Source: Eledone cirrhosa
Taxonomy: Eukaryota
Assembly (NCBI GenBank): GCA_964016885.1
Contig: OZ024746.1
Coordinates: 28,892,001 to 28,956,000 of the forward strand
DNA length: 64,000 nt
Direction: 5' to 3'
Under the pieces are notes generated by a model, which was not told the origin of the DNA, searched no databases, and was given only the letters and a program-made list of their open reading frames with translations. Below are positions 55,440 to 64,000 of the stretch, piece by piece (the stretch's first letter is position 1; every line of letters starts with the position of its first letter). The translations under genes were made by a program, and so were the position numbers.

Positions 55440-55720
55440 CTGGACAGATATTACGAGAAAGTGACACAGAGGAGACTGAGGTTAGCTGGACATGCTCACC
55501 GACATCCAGAGTTGACATTGCACTCAGTGCTACTTTGGGAGCCCCTACATGGACACATTAGAAGAGGAAGACCAAGGTTAACGTATGTTGATGCCCTAAG
55601 GACAGACACTGGTCTGTTGGAGACGCAGGACATGGCAGCGATAATGAGGGACAGAGACCGCTGGAGAGAACTCGTCCATGGATCTCGGGAATTTTACCCG
55701 CCATAGATAGATAGATAGAT
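55440..55720 (+). pseudogene. RTE-clade LINE ORF C-terminus with (TAGA)n tail
   Basis: QRRLRLAGHAHRHPE..VLLWEPLHGHIRRGRPRLTYVDAL..MRDRDRWRELV. Confidence 0.8.
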
Positions 55721-55721
55721 A

Positions 55722-55988
55722 TATATTTCGTTTCTGAATTTGTTTAGCAAGATTCTTTATCTGAAAACGTGTGTTGAAACCGATATTGTTATACTTTGGG
55801 AGGGTCATGTTGCCAATAAGGAACACATGAAAGAACTTTGACAATATATAAATAATCATCTGGTTGTGGAACCAACCAACCAACCGGAAATTTATAAATT
55901 CCTAAATTTATAAATTTATTATAATAAATTGAAGTGAAAGTAACTGGTGCGTGCGTTCCTTATTGGCAATATGACCCTCCCAAAGTAT

Positions 55989-55994
<6 letters not shown>
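55722..55994. mobile_element. Short family D fragment with ~45 bp inverted arms
   Basis: tattgttatactttgggagggtcatgttgccaataaggaac at about 55783-55823 mirrored at about 55955-55994; body matches 22187-22334. Confidence 0.7.
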
Positions 55995-56050
<56 letters not shown>

Positions 56051-56802
56051 CGGCTGCTGCAATTTGATTTCGAGTAATGCTACGGCTTGATACTTATGTA
56101 TGAGCAGCACGGACGTGGCTTTTTAGTCATGCTAGGGACTTGCATACACCCAGCCATGCCATGCATCACAAATGGTGTCACATACCAGGTGAATTTTGGG
56201 TTTGAAGGTATTTTGAGTGAGAAAAGGTTTTGCACAGAACCAATTACTCTCTGAATATCGAATGCATTTACCAAAACATGTAGACCATTCACTGGACTAC
56301 ATCGTTGGATGCAAACGAAGTCGCAGGTTTTATATCAGAATGACATTCCCATCGAGAGATGTCTTAATGAAGACTAAGGGTCTCCCACTCCACAAAAAAA
56401 AAAATACTTTACTGGATGGCCGTTGACTCTCCTGAGTCCTTACGCTCTTTGACGAATTTTGATTTTCATCCCGAATTGTGTCCAAAATCACCCGCGCACA
56501 TCAACCATGGTTGGTGGGGTTGCCAGTTCAGTCGCCGACAACCCGACCTTGTGCAGTTTGTACTGGATATATATGTATATATGTGTGTATGTATTTGTGC
56601 ATGTACGTATGTATGTGTATAATGTATGTATGTATGTATTTATGTATGTATGTATTTATGTATGTATGAATATATGTACGTATTAGTAATAACAAATATA
56701 ACAAAACAAACGGCACAGTATATGGAAGAAATATATATGTATTTATGTATATATGAATGTATGTATGTTTGTATGTATGTTTGTATGTATGTAAGTATGT
56801 AA

Positions 56803-56837
<35 letters not shown>

Positions 56838-57499
56838 TGTATGTATGTATGTATGTATTATTCAGAAATAGGCCCGATCCTTTCTGGTGAGATATGAAAA
56901 TAATAGAAGACAATAATAGGAAACATTCAACCATTTTCTACATGAGATGAGATTTCTTACGAAGAAACAAGATCGAGCTTGTACTTGAGAAAAATCTGTA
57001 ACAAAACTGAAACGGAGAATATTTAGAATAAGAGACAGATAAGAGAATTCCTTGGGCGATATTCTTTATCATGTAGAATATATTTCTATGTAATGTGAAT
57101 GTAAAGACACAGTTTGAGTGCACTGGAACTTAAAGGAACATAAATCCACAAATAAACACATACATACATATATACATACGTACACATATACATATATACA
57201 CATATACATACATATAAACCTAAGCATATACATATATAGATACGTACATACATACATACAAACATACACATAAACATACATACACATATACATACATACA
57301 AACATACACATATACATACATGCATACATACAAACATACACATGTACATACATATATACATACATATACATACCCACATACATACTTACATACAAGACAT
57401 ACACACGCACAAACACACATACACACTTACACACATAACATACCCTCTCTCTCTCTTTTTCTCCCCCACATTATCACAGACGCCTAATCTCACAGATAT

Positions 57500-57540
<41 letters not shown>

Positions 57541-58010
57541 GTCCCTCTCTCTCTCATACACAGACTTTCTCTCCCACACGCTCCCTTACACACACAGTCA
57601 CGCACAAACACATATTTTCTTTCATAAACAAACCCTCACATTTGTGCGCATGTATGTATCTATGCATGTATGTATCTATGCATGTATGTATACAAAGACT
57701 TTTGCATAGCACAATTATTTTTGTTCTTGTACTATCTATATATGGATTCATTGTGGTAGGAATATAAACCGATATATACACACATATGTCATTATGTTGT
57801 TGATTTCTCAGTTACAGAATTTCAAAGGGCGCTCCTATTTCCGTATGTATATATATTTCAGTGCAGAAGTAAATGATAAAGTAGAAAATCAAACTTTCCA
57901 GTTGTTGTCTTCCTGTTTCCTCTATAACAACTACAACGGTACGCGATGGGGCCTTACAAGACGTGACGGCGGGGGTTTTACATAAAAATCATATAACATT
58001 AACATTAATT

Positions 58011-58191
58011 ATTTCTACTTTAGGCACAAGGCCAGCAATTACCCAGTGCATTACTGGTACTTTATTTTATCGACCCCGTAAGGATGAAAGGTAAAGTCAA
58101 CCTCGGCGGGATTTGAACTCAGATCGTAAAGGGACGTAACTATGCTGGAAAGCATGGCGTCCGACCCTCTACCGATACTGCCAATCCACCG
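58011..58191 (-). mobile_element. Full-length young tRNA-derived SINE with 20 bp target site duplication
   Basis: catataacattaacattaat at 57990-58009 and 58192-58211; A and B boxes intact. Confidence 0.9.
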
Positions 58192-59662
58192 CATATAACA
58201 TTAACATTAATAAATAACAATAAACTATATATAATAAAATAACAATTGAAGTCCCCAATAGGTGGGGGGGGGGCGTTACTGCAGGGTTGTTTTACACCCT
58301 GTGGATAGAACAACCCTCAACACCAGGAACACGTTTTGTAGGTGTTCACGTCTCACGTCTTCCCTCTGTTCATCTTCCTCAACCTATAGGTTTATATACA
58401 GAGAAGGCCCATTCACTCGGAGATCGGTAGATAAATAGATAGATAGAACCAGTGTAATTATAATTAAAATATTGCTGCTACAACCAAAAATTTGACAACT
58501 TAAATATTCCAGATATCGAAGCTGTGATTAAATGAGATATCGAAAGGATTATAATTTAAATGTTTGAGTGATAAATGATCGATTTCACTCACTTTCGATA
58601 AAAACTCATTAACCCATTTGATACCAATCCGGATGAAACCGCTCCTGGTTGTGTTGATACAGAAGTGTTTATATTTATGTAAAAACATTATATCATAATT
58701 TTACGTAAGAGCCTTTTTTAAGTTATGTTCCAAAGATCAGCTTAATAATGAGAAATTTAGTTATTTTTCTAAATCCTTCAAATACTGGATTATTTTCAAA
58801 ATGATGAGAGAAATATGACAATGAATGGGTTAAAATATTTATATTTATCTAAAAATCTCCTCTCATAATTTTATGTAAGAACTTTATTAAGTTATATTCA
58901 AAACACCAGCTTAATGATGAGAATGTTAAATATTTTACTCAACCCTTCCAAATATGATTACTTCTCGATTACCTCGCTCAGACTCAGGTGTAAAGTCTGT
59001 CTTTCCCCCCCACTTTCATTTCCCTTCGTTGCTTAATTTCTTTTTCTTTACATTTCCTTTTTCTTATTTATCATCTTTTTTTTTTCTTTTTCGTTTCCTT
59101 ATTGTCATATATATTATACAGATATTAGCAACAGAAACAACAACAACAACAACAACAACAGAAGCAGCAGCAGCAACAATAGCAACAGCATGTATCCTGA
59201 CGTGATCGAAGGTACACCACCACCATCATCAACACCTGTACAATCACCGTCATCATTTTCAAAATGGTTTGAAAATTATACAGTTTTTTTTTCATTAGAA
59301 AATGGCAACGAAAGAGTTAAAGTACTCCATGTTTTATTGGTGAGTATGGAAATATTTTGATCGATTCCACAAAGAAACGAACAAACCAGAGACACCAAAG
59401 TGAAATAGGAACATAACGTTGTAGCCCCTTTTCTGTGACAACGGCACCGTCCTAACGATGAGTCATCAGCAGGTTTTACAAGCATTCGAGGTGTAGTTTG
59501 GATATATTGTGAAAAATACCACAAAGACTTCATCAGATTGATGCGAAGTGAAGTAACATCTGATATCGACTCGAAATAATGATAATTTCGTCGAGTAATG
59601 TACGACACTATTTTCTCCTCATATATATATGTCTGTGTGTCCGTGCGTGTGTATATGTCTGT

Positions 59663-59768
<106 letters not shown>

Positions 59769-59814
59769 ATATACACATGATGATATATTTATATATATAT
59801 GTACACATATATAC

Positions 59815-59867
<53 letters not shown>

Positions 59868-59877
59868 AATGAAGTAA

Positions 59878-59939
59878 TTCATTCTGACGACTGAAAACAG
59901 ATATAAATATCTGGTTTCAAAAAACCACTGGTAAATGAA
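59878..59939 (+). ncRNA. Degenerate hammerhead (family F-like), GAAA mutated to AAAA
   Basis: ttcatt CTGACGA c tgaaaacagatat aa atatctggtttca aAAAA ccactgg TA aatgaa. Confidence 0.5.
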
Positions 59940-59992
59940 ATAATTATCTTATGTTGGTTATTACATAACTAAATATATATATATATATATAT

Positions 59993-60176
59993 ATATAGAT
60001 GAGAGTCTACAGGACTAGAACTGTTTCATTCTTTAGAAATCATCTGATGATTTCTAAAGAATGAAACAGTTCTAGTCCTGTAGACTCTCATCTATATTAA
60101 AACTTTTATACTCTGCAATGTATTGAGTACCTTACTTACTGTGGTTACCTCCGATTCAACCCGGAATAACGTACCT
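59993..60176 (+). mobile_element. Family E hairpin element folded at the CUGAUGA core
   Basis: Perfect hairpin centred on 60045 (catc t gatg) plus the family E tail. Confidence 0.8.
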
Positions 60177-60232
60177 ATATATATATATATATATAAATAT
60201 ATATAAATATATATATATAAATATATATATAT

Positions 60233-60465
<233 letters not shown>

Positions 60466-60597
60466 TATATAAATATATATATATATACTAACATACATAC
60501 AAATATACATACATACATATACACAAATAAATATGGTTTATCATTTATATACCACAGGAGTCCTTTAATGTCATTTGACGGACAGATAACGTTATGC

Positions 60598-60640
<43 letters not shown>

Positions 60641-60907
60641 CTCATTCAATGCAACATTATACCGTGTAAATGTTGTGTCTATCGCACAACCTACCACATG
60701 GGGTGTTTCACTCTTCTCTACTAGACTATGTTGACACTAAAGTAGTTATCTCGTCAGCTGTGCAGCTGTGCTTTCATATTTTAAGCTGGTGACTGATCAC
60801 GTCCAGTTAGAGATAAGCTTCACGTTAGACACCATAACCATAACTAGACTTCCTTACACAATTGGTGCGTTGATTTAGTTTTATATTTTGACTTTATTTT
60901 AGCGACT

Positions 60908-60980
60908 AAGTAGTTAATGATATTTGGATTTGGCAGCAGCGTATGAATGTAACACCTTTACACAGACACACACAGACACG

Positions 60981-61064
<84 letters not shown>

Positions 61065-61130
61065 TGTGTGTGTCTGTGTAAAGGTGTTACATTCATACGC
61101 TGCTGCCAAATCTAAATATCATTAACTACT
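60908..61130. repeat. Palindrome centred on (CA)n(TA)n(TG)n
   Basis: aagtagttaatgatatttggatttggcagcagcgtatgaatgtaacaccttta and its reverse complement (1 mismatch). Confidence 0.9.
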
Positions 61131-62309
61131 TATATATATATAGGAAAAATTTGAACGGGAACAAAAACAGAGTCAGACAAATAAAGGTTTTATTATATAT
61201 ATATATATATATGTATGTGCGTATATATATGTATGTATATACATATATGAGTGTAAGTATATATATATATATATACATATGTGTGTGTGTAAATATATAA
61301 ATATATATATATATATATATCAGCCGCAAGAGAAAACGAGAATTATATAAAAACAAAGTAAAAAGACGAAATCGTATATTTTTCTTAGTAAAAATACAAT
61401 ATATTAGCTGTTAGTTGATGGACATACAGACGACCGATTACCGTTAAATCTCCGAATGAAGCAATGTTTAACGCTATGAAGAAGACACCGAACTTATCAA
61501 TAAATTTAACATATATTCAATTATTACATACGAGATCATGAGGTGTCTTCAATAAATTCTCTCTAACTTTCTCAATATTTGAGTGTAAACCTGCACGTAT
61601 TTATTCTAAAGATACAATGGATGTGTTCAGTCGGTAATGTATTGAATATCACGTTATTTAATGTCAGATCAATCACACTGGGGGCGTTTGTTCTCTGTGA
61701 CTTGTCAGAATGTTTTAGTTTAGTTTCCATTGCAACGGCAGATCATCTACTTAATAATGAGTAGCATATTATCAGAAAGCATTTCTATATAGTAATCTAG
61801 TGACTAACTTGCTTACACGCACCAGCGATGATTACACTTCCACTGATAACTAGTAAGAAGCAAAAAGGTTGAATAATGTTAAGCAAGCCATAATTGCTTT
61901 TCTAAAACCACATTTTATTTTTTTTTAAAACTTTCTGGTTGATACATTATAAATATATACTCTGTGTATCAAGTTTAAAATAGATACTCAGGCGACTAAA
62001 AGAGTTAGTACCAGGAAAGCAATCGATTCTGAAATGTTGCCCCAAAGAAGTTGTCATAAGACTAACAGCCCTTAAAACGCTTTATGTATTTATGCGAATG
62101 TACCCATCATGTGGTCCACAAAACTATCCTTTGTTTTAGCAAAGAACATGGTTTTAAAACGCTTGATGTTGTAAATTTGCTCCACATAATTATATCATTA
62201 AATAATTCCCCGTTTTCTGGGTTTCATTCTGTCTTATACGATGAACCTTCTACTTTATGGTCAAGCTATTGATAATTAGTAACAAGTTTCGGATTTGATA
62301 TTCTATTTA

Positions 62310-62606
62310 AACAGAAATCCACAAATGGGGTTCCTTCGAAGGGTCTTTGGAGTAACGTTACTCGATAGAATGCGTTACTCAGAGAGTCACTTTAGGCCGA
62401 GCCGCTACTTCTCCGAATTGAGAGATGTGGTCAGAATGTCTCAAGAAAGAATCGCTGGACAGAATTTACGGGAAAAACCAAGCGACAGGAGATTCAGCCG
62501 GATGAATTGGAGACGGTTGCTTCTAACAGGACCCGCTGGAAGGAGTGTTTCAGGTCTGTGCCCCAAAAACTCTCCCAGGAATAAGTGGGCGAGGAAGAAG
62601 AAGAAA
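62310..62606 (+). pseudogene. Decayed RTE-like LINE 3' end with (GAA)n tail
   Basis: MGFLRRVFGVTLLDRMR..VVRMSQERIA; ends gaggaagaagaagaa. Confidence 0.6.
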
Positions 62607-63627
62607 TCCATAAATTTATGTACGACTTTAAATGCCTTTATTAAAGGTATTGAAGTAGCCTAAGTGACATACCAGCAATATATAGATAGACATGCTGCTG
62701 CTGTTAAGAAGTTGATAAAATGGGAGGAAAATATGATAGTTCTAAAAATCTGATCAATATTCATGTCTCTGACAGCGATTGATGTGTTGTTGTCTCGATT
62801 TTAATAGTGCGCTTCTCTCTAGATAATATCTGTCTTGTTGTAAATATCACTTTTTAAGTGAATCGACTTTAACACGACCTGACATTTCGTCAATAATAAA
62901 GACATCGGTGAAACATTCCAGAACCACTCACCATTTTGCCGTGACAAATTCCATTAGAGAAATATTTCGATTGCTTGTCTTCGTAAATTCTTCCTAAAAA
63001 AACAACCGTGTTAATCTTTAGAAGCTTTAGTTCTCACTATATTGTTTGACATTCCTCATTTTTATTACATATTTCTTGCATTGATCAGTTTTCAATGATG
63101 GATACCTTTCTTGAAAAAACGATTTTATCACCTTGTTAAGGGCAACAGAGATAGCGTATTCTCTTTAGTATTGTAGTTATCACTGTTGCTGTCATTGTGT
63201 TTGTTATTGTTATTGTTGTTGTTTTCTTTGTATCGTTGTGTATTTGCTTTAGGTTATTTTTTTATATAATTGAATTTACCAACATTAAGAAGAAATTTAA
63301 TCGATGATGTCATGTTTTATGGATTAAGTATCGAATATACCATGATGGGTGAATGGCTGAACTGATGGAACATTGTAGAAAATATCTTGGGGAATTTGAA
63401 GTTACAACCCTTTGGTATTTGGCAGGTCAACCTTACGAATTCTGTTCTAGTCTATTCTATAAACGGTTACGTAGACGAAACACAGTTATAGACATTAACT
63501 TATGTTTATCTGTGTACACACAGAACAATATTTATTTAAAGTTTCAAATTAAAGATATACTTACATAGACTTTACGTACGGTGTGCAAATATACGCAGTG
63601 TTGTGCTTAAATATACATTACACCTGC

Positions 63628-63669
63628 CACACATACACACACACACATACTGACACATATAAATATGTA

Positions 63670-63727
<58 letters not shown>

Positions 63728-63800
63728 TACATATTTATATGTGTCAGTATGTGTGTGTGTATGTGTCAGTATGTGTGTGTATATATGTATATATGTATAT

Positions 63801-63833
<33 letters not shown>

Positions 63834-63875
63834 CATATTTATATGTGTCAGTATGTGTGTGTGTATGTGTCAGTA

Positions 63876-63885
<10 letters not shown>
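63628..63885. repeat. TA-centred palindrome followed by tandem re-duplication of its right arm
   Basis: acatactgacacatataaatatg (TA)n catatttatatgtgtcagtatgt; right arm repeated. Confidence 0.8.
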
Positions 63886-63926
<41 letters not shown>

Positions 63927-64000
63927 GCACGTGTGTCCGTGTGTATGTGTGTGTATCTTTCTATCTCTGTATATATATATATATATATATATCTGTGTGT

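Overview
AT-rich eukaryotic non-coding DNA, probably from an octopus or related cephalopod (inferred from the SINE family and the extreme (TA)n/(CA)n density). I found no supportable host protein-coding gene; nearly all ORF-track entries are microsatellite translations. The window holds decayed non-LTR retrotransposons (two L1/Tx1-like 3' ends, a 3.2 kb R4/Dong-like RT element, RTE 3' ends, a CRE-like RLE remnant), tRNA-type SINEs and a 200-N gap. The main signal is a set of about 8 families of (TA)n-embedded Penelope-like (PLE) fragments and short foldback elements. They carry type I hammerhead ribozyme (HHR) motifs, read by eye as CUGANGA-stemII-GAAA-stemIII-UH-stemI. The standout is a 6-unit, 315-316 bp tandem array (28623-30614) with one extended HHR per unit. 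Its core is the compensatory U3-A8 variant (UUGAUAA), giving a retrozyme-like (circular RNA) architecture with a PLE-style terminal inversion. In several foldback elements the turn points coincide with ribozyme helices and the two arms share copy-specific variants, which suggests the hairpins form at insertion. All RNA folds were done manually; catalytic activity is not shown.
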